Below, piece by piece: positions 24,786 to 34,353 of a DNA stretch of 64,000 nucleotides. The notes beneath the pieces were generated by a model. It saw only the letters and a list, made by a program, of their open reading frames with translations. It had not been told where the DNA came from and did not search any database. The stretch spans positions 1,995 to 65,994 of the forward strand of contig CALRHE010000001.1 of NCBI GenBank assembly GCA_943359345.1, given 5' to 3'. The position numbers were made by a program, and so were the translations under genes. The stretch comes from Candidatus Uhrbacteria bacterium. Its GTDB lineage: Bacteria; Patescibacteriota; Patescibacteriia; UBA9934. Within the stretch, counting starts at the first letter, position 1. Each line of letters opens with the position of its first letter.

Positions 24786-26414
24786 CTATCTGTGTAAATT
24801 TTTAGCTGCCTGCAATAACCCCACAAACAGTGGGTGTGGCGCCAGCGGACGAGACTGGAACTCTGGATGAAATTGTACTCCAACAAAGAATGGATGATTT
24901 TTAACTTCGATGATCTCAACCAAGCGATTATCTGGCGAGGTGCCAGCAATCACGAGTCCGGCCTGCTCAAGTTCGGCTTTATACTCGTTGTTAAATTCGT
25001 AACGATGACGGTGACGCTCGGAGATTAAATCTTCACCGTAGACTTGACGTGCAATCGACCCGGTCGCCAACTTACACTTATACGCTCCAAGTCTAAGGGT
25101 GCCGCCATACTTCTTGCCCTTGACGTTATCTTCCTGCCCAGCCATGAGATCGATGACCGGGTGATCACTCTTGGGGTTGATCTCGGTGGTGTTGGCCTGC
25201 TTCCAGCCCAGCTCATTACGTGCAAACTCAATGACCGCACATTGCATGCCGTAACACAGACCAAGGTACGGAATCTTATGCTTACGCACATAATTAATAG
25301 CTGCGATCTTGCCTTCAATGCCACGGGATCCAAAACCGCCTGGAATAATCACAGCCTGAAGCTTATCGAGTTCCTTCAGCTTCTTCGGATTGGTTTCGAA
25401 TTCCTCTGAATTCAACCATTCGATCTTGGGCATGACTCCAGCCTTGGCGCCAGCGTGCTTGATGGCCTCAAGAACTGAAATGTAAGCGTCAGAGAGTGTA
25501 AAATCACCGGTGGAGAAATACTTACCGATAACGCCAATACGAACTTCTTTATGACCGTTCTTGCGAGCCATGACAAACTTCTTCCAAGCCGACAGGTCGT
25601 TCTTCTTAGCGCGCAAGCCAAAGCTCTTCAAAACTTTTTTAGAGAATTCCTGTTTCTCAAACATGTCTGGAATGTCATAAATCGAACTCACATCGGGCGC
25701 GGAAATGATGTGCTCGACTGGAACTTGGCAAAACTGGGCAATCTTCTCCTTGCGCGGCTTATCCATAGCTTGCTCAGATCTACCAATCACAAAATCTGGC
25801 AGGATACCAGCGCTATTCAAGGTACGCACAGCATATTGCGTCGGTTTAGTTTTCATCTCACCTACAGATGGTGGCACTGGCAAATAACTGACCAGAGCGA
25901 ATTGCACGCTCTTGCCGTGCTTGACCTGGAGCATGCGTCCAGCCTCTAGAAACAAAATATTTTGATACTCACCCACCGTACCACCAACTTCGATCAGGGT
26001 AATGTCAGCTTTGGCAGCCTTAGCAGCAGTCTCGATACGTCGAATGACCTCCTCTGGCACGTGAGGTACGACCTCCACACACCGCCCACCGTACTCAAGA
26101 TTGCGTTCACGCTCAATGACCGACTGATACACCCGCCCAGTGGTCATGTAATTAATCTTAGTGATGTCGACACCCAAATAACGCTCGTAAGTGCCGATGT
26201 CTTGGTCAGTCTCATCACCGTCAACGGTCACAAACACCTCACCGTGCTCAACCGGATTCATAGTCCCTGCATCGACGTTAACGTACGGGTCGATTTTAAT
26301 GGCCGTCACTTTGTAACCCTTGGCTTTGAGCGTTAATCCAAGCGCAGCGGTAGAAGTTCCTTTACCGACGCCACTCATGACTCCCCCGACTACGAACAAG
26401 AAATGGTGCCTCAT
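24786..26414 (-). CDS. pyrG: CTP synthase
   Basis: N-terminal synthetase domain VVGGVMSGVGKGTSTAALG, C-terminal glutamine amidotransferase (GLCYGMQ, HPEF) motifs; 542 aa. Confidence 0.95.
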   Translation of the reverse strand: MRHHFLFVVGGVMSGVGKGTSTAALGLTLKAKGYKVTAIKIDPYVNVDAGTMNPVEHGEVFVTVDGDETDQDIGTYERYLGVDITKINYMTTGRVYQSVIERERNLEYGGRCVEVVPHVPEEVIRRIETAAKAAKADITLIEVGGTVGEYQNILFLEAGRMLQVKHGKSVQFALVSYLPVPPSVGEMKTKPTQYAVRTLNSAGILPDFVIGRSEQAMDKPRKEKIAQFCQVPVEHIISAPDVSSIYDIPDMFEKQEFSKKVLKSFGLRAKKNDLSAWKKFVMARKNGHKEVRIGVIGKYFSTGDFTLSDAYISVLEAIKHAGAKAGVMPKIEWLNSEEFETNPKKLKELDKLQAVIIPGGFGSRGIEGKIAAINYVRKHKIPYLGLCYGMQCAVIEFARNELGWKQANTTEINPKSDHPVIDLMAGQEDNVKGKKYGGTLRLGAYKCKLATGSIARQVYGEDLISERHRHRYEFNNEYKAELEQAGLVIAGTSPDNRLVEIIEVKNHPFFVGVQFHPEFQSRPLAPHPLFVGLLQAAKNLHR

Positions 26415-26434
26415 AGCTCAAATAAATCTATTCT

Positions 26435-26872
26435 CTATGGGCTACTTTCTACCACAACCCTGATAGTAGCTTCAAACCCGGAATCAAAGTTTATGGGGAC
26501 ATCTTGAGAACCTAGCGAAGTTATTGGCTCAGTCTTGATGGCGCTCTTGGAGAGCTTATAGCCCAGCTCCTTTAAAGCAGCTCTGATCTCGGTAGCCGTC
26601 ACGGGGGCAGCCATCTTGCCTTTCTTCATTTGAGCCTGAACCACCACCTCCATACCATCGATCTCGCCAGCCAGCTCTTGCTCGGGCGAGATAGCCTCGT
26701 GCTTCATCGACTTCAGCCGCTTGGCTTCGTCTTTATCCGTAGCTACAGAGTTAGCGACCTTAACGGCTAAATGTTGGGGGAACAGAAAATTGAGGGCATA
26801 ACCCTCCGGTACATCCACTGTGGCGCCCTTAGGACCAAGTGCCTTTATGTCTTCGAGGAGGGAGACATGCAT
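26435..26872 (-). CDS. rplI: 50S ribosomal protein L9
   Basis: MHVSLLEDIKALGPKGATVDVPEGYALNFLFPQHLA is a typical L9 N-domain; C-domain present. Confidence 0.85.
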   Translation of the reverse strand: MHVSLLEDIKALGPKGATVDVPEGYALNFLFPQHLAVKVANSVATDKDEAKRLKSMKHEAISPEQELAGEIDGMEVVVQAQMKKGKMAAPVTATEIRAALKELGYKLSKSAIKTEPITSLGSQDVPINFDSGFEATIRVVVESSP

Positions 26873-27375
26873 ACCCGCAAAGCCTTCTTGATAATACTAA
26901 TCATATCCCGATAACTGGAGCGCTTCAGCAATTCATGCGCAGGCACCCAAGCCACTGCCCTAATGTTCTCTCCGCCTTTCACTGGCTTCGGACGAACTAA
27001 GTGAGCTGTATCCTGAGCTTCAAACAAGAAATAATGGATGTACTTATGGATTAGCTTGCCTTTGTGAACAAAGCGGTCCCGGAACCAAATATCAATGCTT
27101 TCTAACCGGCAAACGTAACGTAAGTGAGTCAAACCCATCTCTTCACGAATCTCACGAATAGCCCCGTCACGATACTTTTCACCTTCACGCACGTGACCTT
27201 TGGGAAAAGCCCATTTCCCGTACGAATCTACCACCATAGCGAACACCACACCGTCTTTGGTGCGTTTAAAAACTAGGCCTCCGGCTGAGACCTCGGTGCG
27301 ATGACGTTCGCGCTCACCCTTATTGCGTCGCGAGGAAATCGACTGCCGCTTCGAGTTGGGGGTCGGTGTCGGCAT
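26845..27375 (-). CDS. NUDIX hydrolase
   Basis: Nudix box GHVREGEKYRDGAIREIREEMGL (GX5EX7REUXEEXGU). Confidence 0.8.
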   Translation of the reverse strand: MPTPTPNSKRQSISSRRNKGERERHRTEVSAGGLVFKRTKDGVVFAMVVDSYGKWAFPKGHVREGEKYRDGAIREIREEMGLTHLRYVCRLESIDIWFRDRFVHKGKLIHKYIHYFLFEAQDTAHLVRPKPVKGGENIRAVAWVPAHELLKRSSYRDMISIIKKALRVCMSPSSKT

Positions 27376-28561
27376 GTGCTGCGTCCAATGAATAAGGGAC
27401 TACTTGATCAGGGACTATACCTTCGGCATCAATCGATCTACCAAGCGGCGTTAACCAACGGGCCACCGTAATTTTTAAGGCGCTCCCGTCCGGCAATTCG
27501 TGGTATTCCTGAACTGAACCTTTACCAAAGGTTTGCTCACCAATGACGGTGGCTTGCGCGTAATCCTGCAGAGCTCCGGCTAAAATTTCTGAAGCCGAGG
27601 CCGAGCCTCCGTTAACCAAAATCGCCGTCTGTGTATCCGCTAAAAGCGGGATACCTTGACCAAAGATATCGATTTTGTCCTCGCCTGTGTCCTCGATGAC
27701 CACCACCTTATCACCAATCCAATAACCCGCCAAGATGATTGAGCCATCAAGCAAGCCACCGGGATTATTCCGTAGATCTAGAATCAATTCATCCACACCC
27801 TGAGCCTGGATTTCACGCACCGCCTCAGCGAACAAAGGCGGAGTGTCGGTATTGAAAACGTTCACGCTAATTAGGCCGATACCGTCGTCACGCACACTCC
27901 AGGTGACGCTATCAATCTTGATCTCATCCCGCACAATCGGCACCTCAAATGGTTCCTGTTCTGGTCGACCTAATGTCAGTGTTACGGTAGTACCCTTGTC
28001 ACCGCGAATCTTATCAACAGCTTCATTCACTGCCATGCCAAGGGTGTCGACGCCATCGATAGCCAAAATCCGGTCACCTGGACGCAAACCGGCTCGAGCG
28101 GCTGGGGTGTCGTTAATCGGTGAAACTACCACCACATTAGCTGCGTCATCCAGTCCAATCTCGGCTCCAATGCCAAAGAAAGTATTCTCAAGTTGTTGAT
28201 TAAATTCTTCAGCTAGCTGTGGCGTAAAAAAGGTCGAGTATGGATCCTCAAGTCCCCAGACTAAACCCTGTAAAGCCCCGTAAAATAAATCTTTATCGAG
28301 CGCGGGGCTGTCCACATACTCAGATTGGATTAAGTTCCATACGGTCCAAAAGAGTTTGAAATTAACGTCGTCATCTAGCCATTCCGGTGCTGGTGTTTGT
28401 AAACCCTCAACGTCACCGGGCACAACCGCTCCGCTAACTTGGCGGTCAGGGGTTTCACCCAAGGTATAGCCAAAAACGAAAAAAAGGGCTGCGCAGCCTA
28501 GATAGACAAGTACTTTAAGGGGGGTCTCCAAGGGAGATTTGGATTCAACGTTTCTAAACAT
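27320..28561 (-). CDS. Carboxyl-terminal processing protease (S41, CtpA/Prc-like) with PDZ domain
   Basis: N-terminal TM, PDZ (GIGAEIGLDD...GLRPGDRILAIDGVDT), S41 catalytic region ILVNGGSASASEILAGAL. Confidence 0.85.
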   Translation of the reverse strand: MFRNVESKSPLETPLKVLVYLGCAALFFVFGYTLGETPDRQVSGAVVPGDVEGLQTPAPEWLDDDVNFKLFWTVWNLIQSEYVDSPALDKDLFYGALQGLVWGLEDPYSTFFTPQLAEEFNQQLENTFFGIGAEIGLDDAANVVVVSPINDTPAARAGLRPGDRILAIDGVDTLGMAVNEAVDKIRGDKGTTVTLTLGRPEQEPFEVPIVRDEIKIDSVTWSVRDDGIGLISVNVFNTDTPPLFAEAVREIQAQGVDELILDLRNNPGGLLDGSIILAGYWIGDKVVVIEDTGEDKIDIFGQGIPLLADTQTAILVNGGSASASEILAGALQDYAQATVIGEQTFGKGSVQEYHELPDGSALKITVARWLTPLGRSIDAEGIVPDQVVPYSLDAAHADTDPQLEAAVDFLATQ

Positions 28562-28605
28562 ATGTCAGAATTGTAACATGCTGGCTTGGAGCTGAAAAAT
28601 CTGTT

Positions 28606-29604
28606 ATGGTAGGTCACATGCATATCGTGGTCCGCCGATTTTTATTCACCTTTTTCGTGCTGTTTTTCCTAGTCGCAGCTCCTTTAGTGGTGCTGTATAC
28701 GGCTGGATATCGGCTCAACATCTCTAACCGTCGCCTGCAACAAACCGGGGTTTTAGCCATCACCACTTTTCCTAGAGGCAGTAATATCCTTTTGAACGGC
28801 CAAAATCTAGCCCAAAAATCACCGTTTCTAGTCCAGCGCGTCATGCCCAATACTCATGCTATCGTCCTTTCAAAAAAGGGTTACCACGACTGGAGCCAAC
28901 GCATTCGCGTTGATGAAGGCCGGACAACCTATATAACTGCCCGTTTGTTTGCCAATAGCCAACCCAGTCTTTTAAATGCTAACGCCTCGGCCCTAGCCCT
29001 GCGCTCACGCTTGGCCGCCAATCTGATTACCGTAGACACGGCCAGCGTCACTTTTACTAACAATGGAGCAAACGTAGAAGTGCATTCCGGTAGCGGTAGC
29101 ACTGATCAACTGATCGCACTCCTACCGATCAACGATTACGAGTTACTAAGAGATGACGCCGAGTATTTATTACTGCGTGACGCACGTAACGTCGCCTTTG
29201 TGGTAGCCAGGCAAGGAGGTAAAGTTGTAAAGCTCCCAACTGAGCTAACCGCTTATGATTGGCTGGCCAATGAAGATATGCTCCTGTGGACTGACGGGAC
29301 TGAGATTCATATTTACGCGGCCGCTCTTGAGAACGACACTTTTGTGACCCGCGACGGACAGTCAATTGTAGACGTAGCCTGGCACCCTGAGGCTGATAGC
29401 TTTTTTGTGGCTGGAAGTATGCGCATCGATGCTTATGATATGTCTATCCATGAAACCCGTGAGGTCACTAACCTGCTGACTGACACTCAAATCGTAGATA
29501 TCTGGACTGATAGCTCCGGTAAAAATCTTTATTACCTTGATCACGAGCTCACAGACAATCGCGGAGATACTCCCCTGGTTTACAAGTTGCCGTTAAGTTT
29601 GTAA
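28606..29604 (+). CDS. PEGA-domain secreted/membrane-anchored protein
   Basis: N-terminal TM; PEGA-like block LAITTFPRGSNILLNGQNLAQKSPFLVQRVMPNTHAIVLSKKGYHDW. Confidence 0.5.
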   Translation: MVGHMHIVVRRFLFTFFVLFFLVAAPLVVLYTAGYRLNISNRRLQQTGVLAITTFPRGSNILLNGQNLAQKSPFLVQRVMPNTHAIVLSKKGYHDWSQRIRVDEGRTTYITARLFANSQPSLLNANASALALRSRLAANLITVDTASVTFTNNGANVEVHSGSGSTDQLIALLPINDYELLRDDAEYLLLRDARNVAFVVARQGGKVVKLPTELTAYDWLANEDMLLWTDGTEIHIYAAALENDTFVTRDGQSIVDVAWHPEADSFFVAGSMRIDAYDMSIHETREVTNLLTDTQIVDIWTDSSGKNLYYLDHELTDNRGDTPLVYKLPLSL

Positions 29605-30444
29605 AAATTCTTTCAAGGCCTCAAGACGTGATCGCAGTGGAGGAAACTTGGTATTTTTTAAAACGGTGAACTTCGGTCGCGCTGCGGGCTTAGGAAAAGC
29701 CGCGGCCGGGACTGGCTTACGAGGTGTGGTAACATTTTTTAATTTGAAAAACTCTTCCGTAAAGGCAAACCAGGTCACGCCTTCACCCGAGTTTACGAGG
29801 TGATAAATGCCGTAAGGATGACCGTCGGCAACAAGATCGTGAATAGCTAGAGCTAGATCCGGTGTGTAAGTTGGCATCCCAACTTCTTCATCAATGATCG
29901 ACAATTCAGGCTTACTGGCCGCGAGCCTCAGCATCAGGATAACAAAACTCTCTTTAGCGTCAGCTGATGAAGCTGGCCTCCCAAAGAGTCGTGAAGTTCT
30001 TGCAATGTAGTAATTCCCCCCAGCTTGTGCAACCAGTTGCTCGCCGGCCAACTTGCTCTCGCCGTATTTAGAGATTGGGTGTGTTTGATCTGTCTCGAGG
30101 TAACCCTCAGGCTTATCACCAGGAAAGACACAATCAGTACTCACATGCACAATCGTGGCCCCGATGCTCAGAGCGGCTTCTGCCAAGTTACCTGGCCCAG
30201 TGGCATTGATGGCGTAGGCCAAAGGATAAACAGCCGGATCCTCAGCCTGATCCATAAGATTGTAGGCCGCGCAATTCACAATCACCTCAGGCTTGAGCTC
30301 GCTAACTAACCTCATTACCTGATCGCGATTAGTAATATCCAGCCCTTCGCGATCCAACCCTGTGACCTCATGACCTTTGGCAACAAACACATCCCGTACG
30401 TCTTGGCCGAGCGCACCCTTACCTCCAGTAACTAAGACTTTCAT
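29593..30444 (-). CDS. rmlD: dTDP-4-dehydrorhamnose reductase
   Basis: MKVLVTGGKGALGQDV Rossmann start, RmlD-family length and motifs (YxxxK in AAYNLM region); adjacent to rmlC/rmlB. Confidence 0.85.
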   Translation of the reverse strand: MKVLVTGGKGALGQDVRDVFVAKGHEVTGLDREGLDITNRDQVMRLVSELKPEVIVNCAAYNLMDQAEDPAVYPLAYAINATGPGNLAEAALSIGATIVHVSTDCVFPGDKPEGYLETDQTHPISKYGESKLAGEQLVAQAGGNYYIARTSRLFGRPASSADAKESFVILMLRLAASKPELSIIDEEVGMPTYTPDLALAIHDLVADGHPYGIYHLVNSGEGVTWFAFTEEFFKLKNVTTPRKPVPAAAFPKPAARPKFTVLKNTKFPPLRSRLEALKEFLQT

Positions 30445-30504
30445 ATTTTTCAGTCCACTAACGTGCCGATCGGCACGTTAGTGGATCATTGCAAAAATGC
30501 AATG

Positions 30505-31044
30505 TTAAAACGGTAATTTCAAATCCTTAAATAGTGGTGCGGCCTGATCACGAGCGGATAGCATTGGCGTACCCATCACCGGCCAAGACACTTCCAGCTC
30601 AGGATCATTCCAAGCCACGTTACCATCACCGGCCTGATCGTACGTCTCAGTACACTTATACAGCACATCACAATCCTCAAGTGCGTAAAAGCCGTGCGCA
30701 AAGCCAACCGGCAACCACAACATCTTTTTGTTCTCAGCTGAAAGCTCAAGACCAAAAGACTGTTTATAGGTCGACGAGCCTGTGCGCAGATCAACGGCCA
30801 CATCCCAAACTCGTCCACGAGTACAACGCACAAGTTTCCCCATGGCCTTAGGCGGCAATTGAAAATGCAAACCGCGCAGCACACCTTTTACAGAGGCCGA
30901 GTGGCTGTCTTGTTTAAATTCAGTTGGCAAACCCAGGGCCGCAAACTTATCGGCGTTAAAGGTCTCCATGAAGAAACCCCGTTCATCACCAAATATTTCC
31001 GGTTCTACAACTAGCAGGCCCTCAAAGGGATAAAGAATTTTCAT
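30505..31044 (-). CDS. rmlC: dTDP-4-dehydrorhamnose 3,5-epimerase
   Basis: 179-aa cupin; MKILYPFEGLLVVEPEIFGDERGFFMETF is the characteristic RmlC N-terminus. Confidence 0.9.
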   Translation of the reverse strand: MKILYPFEGLLVVEPEIFGDERGFFMETFNADKFAALGLPTEFKQDSHSASVKGVLRGLHFQLPPKAMGKLVRCTRGRVWDVAVDLRTGSSTYKQSFGLELSAENKKMLWLPVGFAHGFYALEDCDVLYKCTETYDQAGDGNVAWNDPELEVSWPVMGTPMLSARDQAAPLFKDLKLPF

Positions 31045-31047
31045 AAG

Positions 31048-32064
31048 CTAAAGCACGCGACCAAATTGCAACTTAAACCACTCACGGTAAGCGGCACTTT
31101 GTCGGATGGGGCGCCACCAGGCTTCGTTTTTGCGGTACCAGGTAACCATGTCACGCAAACCCTCCTCGAAGGTCTGGCTCGGCTGCCAACCCAGTTCACG
31201 GTTGATCTTGGTGTAATCAATAGCGTAACGACGGTCCTGACCAGGACGATCTTTCTGATACTCCAGCATGTTTTCGGTCAGGCCCATGACGTTTAAAAGC
31301 GCCTTGGCAGTATCAAGAACGCTGTACTCAGCGTTGCCACCCATCATGTAGGTCTCACTAAGCTTACCTTTTTCGATCACCGATATCACACCCTGAGCGT
31401 GATCGTGAGCATGAATCCAATCGCGAATCTGCCGGCCATCGCCGTGAATAAAGATCGGGTCACCGTCGATGAGGTTCGTGATCGCAATCGACAAAAACTT
31501 TTCAGGATACAGAAACGGGCCGTAGTTGTTGGTACAGTTTGAAATGGTAGCCTGAAGTTGATGCGTATCTATGGCGGCCCGTACCAAATGGTCAGCTGCA
31601 GCCTTGGTGGCGCTATATGGATTGCGCGGGCCGTAGGGGGTCGACTCGTTGAACTTTGCATCATTTAGTCCGAGTGATCCAAACACCTCATCAGTGCTCA
31701 CGTGGTGCAGACGCTTACCGTGCTTCACGCAGGCGTCAATCAAACGCTGGGTGCCGAGCACGTTAGTTAAAATAAATGGTTCGACGTCAACAATAGAACG
31801 ATCAACGTGCGTCTCGGCGGCAAAGTGGGCCACGATATCAACATCCTGTACAAGGGTGTCCACCAATTTCTTATCAACGATCGAGCCGTAAACAAAACGA
31901 TATTTCGGTTGTGTCTGGATATCAATAGTATTCGCTAAATTACCAGCGTAGGTAAGCGAATCCAAATTAATAATCTCCCACTCGGGACGCTCTGCCAAAA
32001 CCGTACGGATAAAATGCGATCCTATAAAGCCGCAGCCACCAGTTACGAGCACTTTCATAGTCAC
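31048..32064 (-). CDS. rmlB: dTDP-glucose 4,6-dehydratase
   Basis: MKVLVTGGCGFIGSHFIR, catalytic YSATKAA, extended SDR. Confidence 0.9.
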   Translation of the reverse strand: MTMKVLVTGGCGFIGSHFIRTVLAERPEWEIINLDSLTYAGNLANTIDIQTQPKYRFVYGSIVDKKLVDTLVQDVDIVAHFAAETHVDRSIVDVEPFILTNVLGTQRLIDACVKHGKRLHHVSTDEVFGSLGLNDAKFNESTPYGPRNPYSATKAAADHLVRAAIDTHQLQATISNCTNNYGPFLYPEKFLSIAITNLIDGDPIFIHGDGRQIRDWIHAHDHAQGVISVIEKGKLSETYMMGGNAEYSVLDTAKALLNVMGLTENMLEYQKDRPGQDRRYAIDYTKINRELGWQPSQTFEEGLRDMVTWYRKNEAWWRPIRQSAAYREWFKLQFGRVL

Positions 32065-32130
32065 TACCCACCTTACAGGAACCAGCCAAAACAGGTCAAC
32101 AGTTTTTAAACTGCTAACTTTAGCTTAATT

Positions 32131-32553
32131 TTATATGGCTAATCTGATCATCTCAGCGACTTTGGAAAGCTCCTCTTGCGATACAGGCTGCTTCACAAAA
32201 TTTCTTGGCTCGCCGTCTTTGCGCGGCATGATGTGCAAGTGCGTATGGAGAACGTCCTGACCAGCAACTTCGCCGTGATTCATGCCGAGGTTGTAACCGC
32301 TACCGCCGACGGCTTTGGTGATTTTGGGTGCGAGATCGTGAATAGCGGTCATGAGGGCGCAGGCATCCTCGACCGAACCGGCCGCGAGATTCTCGGCGTG
32401 CTGTTTGGGAACGACAAGGGTGTGACCCGTGCTTACAGGACCGATATCGAGAAAAGCCAACACGCTATCGTTCTCGTACACTTTATGCGCAGGAATTTGG
32501 CCGGCGATAATTTTGCAAAACAAACAGTCAGACATATAGCTATTCTTTAACAT
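32131..32553 (-). CDS. HIT-family (histidine triad) nucleotide hydrolase
   Basis: CLFCKIIAGQIPA N-terminus and HTHLHIMPR histidine triad. Confidence 0.85.
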   Translation of the reverse strand: MLKNSYMSDCLFCKIIAGQIPAHKVYENDSVLAFLDIGPVSTGHTLVVPKQHAENLAAGSVEDACALMTAIHDLAPKITKAVGGSGYNLGMNHGEVAGQDVLHTHLHIMPRKDGEPRNFVKQPVSQEELSKVAEMIRLAI

Positions 32554-32881
32554 CGCTCAAAGCTTTGAGCAAGAGCAGTGGCAGGACCAGGACAATGATC
32601 GCGAGCACCAGTCGGAAAGCCCCGAAGGCATCGGCAGCCTGAAAAACGAGCAACGAGCCTATGATACCGATGGCGACGGCCACAATTTGGCAGCGGCGAT
32701 GAGGGGCACGCGCTCCCGAGCTCGTCACGAGAGCGCCGATGCCACATACCAATGCGATCAAGAGCACGATGTAAATTGGGAAGACCGAACTGACGAAACC
32801 AGGTACCTGCCACTCTACGTATACCAACGCCAAAAACGTCAGGCTCGAGACAACGTATCCGGTATACCAAAGACTACGCAT
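32540..32881 (-). CDS. Hypothetical small membrane protein
   Basis: 113 aa, 3-4 hydrophobic helices, no motifs. Confidence 0.35.
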   Translation of the reverse strand: MRSLWYTGYVVSSLTFLALVYVEWQVPGFVSSVFPIYIVLLIALVCGIGALVTSSGARAPHRRCQIVAVAIGIIGSLLVFQAADAFGAFRLVLAIIVLVLPLLLLKALSDVKE

Positions 32882-32882
32882 A

Positions 32883-34352
32883 TTAGGGTAGCAACAACTT
32901 GATGAGACGCTTTAGATCGGCCAAAGTCTCATGTATGGACACGTGTGACTTTTGAAACGTCACCTTAACTGCATGAACCGAGACCTGGCCCAAGTTATCA
33001 TGAATACCTGGCGCTGAGAGCGCAAACTTGTAGGCGTTGTTCTCAACCGCTAGCGTCGAGGTTTCAAACGCAGCACTCGCCACGCGCCAACCATCAGCTT
33101 CTCGCACGGGAGCAAGATTTGCGAGCACATGTTCAACTTCGCTCGACTCCAGATCAGTAAAGGCCGTCAGAGCAATCGGGTCTGGATCAAAAAACGATTC
33201 ACGGCTAAAGGCATACTTTCCTTCCCCGGTAATTTTTACATCGCCTACGGGACTCCTGAGTTCGATCACGCCGGTCCCTGGCACCAGGCTAGAGTATTTT
33301 GCACCGACTTCGTTGATGACGATGGGTGATCCGCCAGCCGAAATGGTTTGCAGACCCTCAGTATGCCGAGTTTCAAGCGTAATCCGTTCTGCATTAGTAA
33401 ATAAACTCGTAGCTTTAGGTGTTGGCAAAAAACCAACATCATCTCCAATAAAAACTTGATTTTTTGCTACCACATAACGCTGAGAGGTTTCAATTGTCCG
33501 CCAAATAATATCGGAAGTCCCTGACAAGGCTATCCGATACACCCCTTCCGGCCAGTCATGTCCAGCCAACTTGAGCGGTGTTCGATCTCTGGGTTGTTGG
33601 TTAGCGTAAATATTTCCGTCGTCTTGACCTACGAACTCGGTCATAAGATTCCCGTTCTCGTCATACACCCGCACCGAAACGCGATCAGGGCCGTAAGTAC
33701 GATTAACGTCGGCGTAGAGTATATCCAAAGAGAAATCTTCGTCCTTGATATAGGTCAACAGCTCATGCGGACCCCGAAGACTCACATCAAACTTTTGTCG
33801 ACCTCCAAGTGGCTCATAGTTTGTTAGACGAAAAGGCGTTGGGAAGTCGGCTCGGTAGGTGGCCACAATCGACCGATCAGGCGGCGTTTCGAGAAAAGTT
33901 TGATAAGCGTCACTCTGGGCATCACGTGAAAAAATCGCTAGACGACCATCCAGGTCATGTCGCGTCCAATCAAGATCCTCGAGGAGCGAGTTCGACAAAG
34001 GTTGAAAATCAAAGGCTTGAGCCGCTACATCTTTCAGACCACCAATTTCGAAAGTCGGCGTTCCGTCAGGATCGAAGGCGACCTCAAGCTTTACGCTTTC
34101 AAAATTTCCCGGCGGCGGCGTCACCGAGAAATACACGGGCTCGTCGAGCAAAGTCACGTAATCATCACCGTTACGCGTCGCGAGCTCGCTCACACGTTCG
34201 TCGGGCAATGGTCGCTGTACAAACGGCGAGACGTCGCCCATTTCGTAACGAACAACTCGCTCACCCGACGGCACAAGATAATTCCAAAGCAGGCCTCCGA
34301 ACAGGAAGATAGGCAAGCTCCAAATAACTAGGCGAGCCAGGCGAATATTCAT
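32883..34352 (-). CDS. Hypothetical exported protein (signal-anchor), partner of the adjacent GT-C enzyme
   Basis: N-terminal hydrophobic anchor LVIWSLPIFLFGGLLW, otherwise hydrophilic 489 aa, no recognised domain; 2-nt gap to the GT-C gene. Confidence 0.4.
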   Translation of the reverse strand: MNIRLARLVIWSLPIFLFGGLLWNYLVPSGERVVRYEMGDVSPFVQRPLPDERVSELATRNGDDYVTLLDEPVYFSVTPPPGNFESVKLEVAFDPDGTPTFEIGGLKDVAAQAFDFQPLSNSLLEDLDWTRHDLDGRLAIFSRDAQSDAYQTFLETPPDRSIVATYRADFPTPFRLTNYEPLGGRQKFDVSLRGPHELLTYIKDEDFSLDILYADVNRTYGPDRVSVRVYDENGNLMTEFVGQDDGNIYANQQPRDRTPLKLAGHDWPEGVYRIALSGTSDIIWRTIETSQRYVVAKNQVFIGDDVGFLPTPKATSLFTNAERITLETRHTEGLQTISAGGSPIVINEVGAKYSSLVPGTGVIELRSPVGDVKITGEGKYAFSRESFFDPDPIALTAFTDLESSEVEHVLANLAPVREADGWRVASAAFETSTLAVENNAYKFALSAPGIHDNLGQVSVHAVKVTFQKSHVSIHETLADLKRLIKLLLP

Positions 34353-34353
34353 G

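Noticed and set aside
24704-24949. 81-aa minus-strand ORF overlapping the rpmA terminator and the pyrG 3' end
   Set aside because: Overlaps the pyrG coding sequence out of frame and the terminator hairpin; no motifs.
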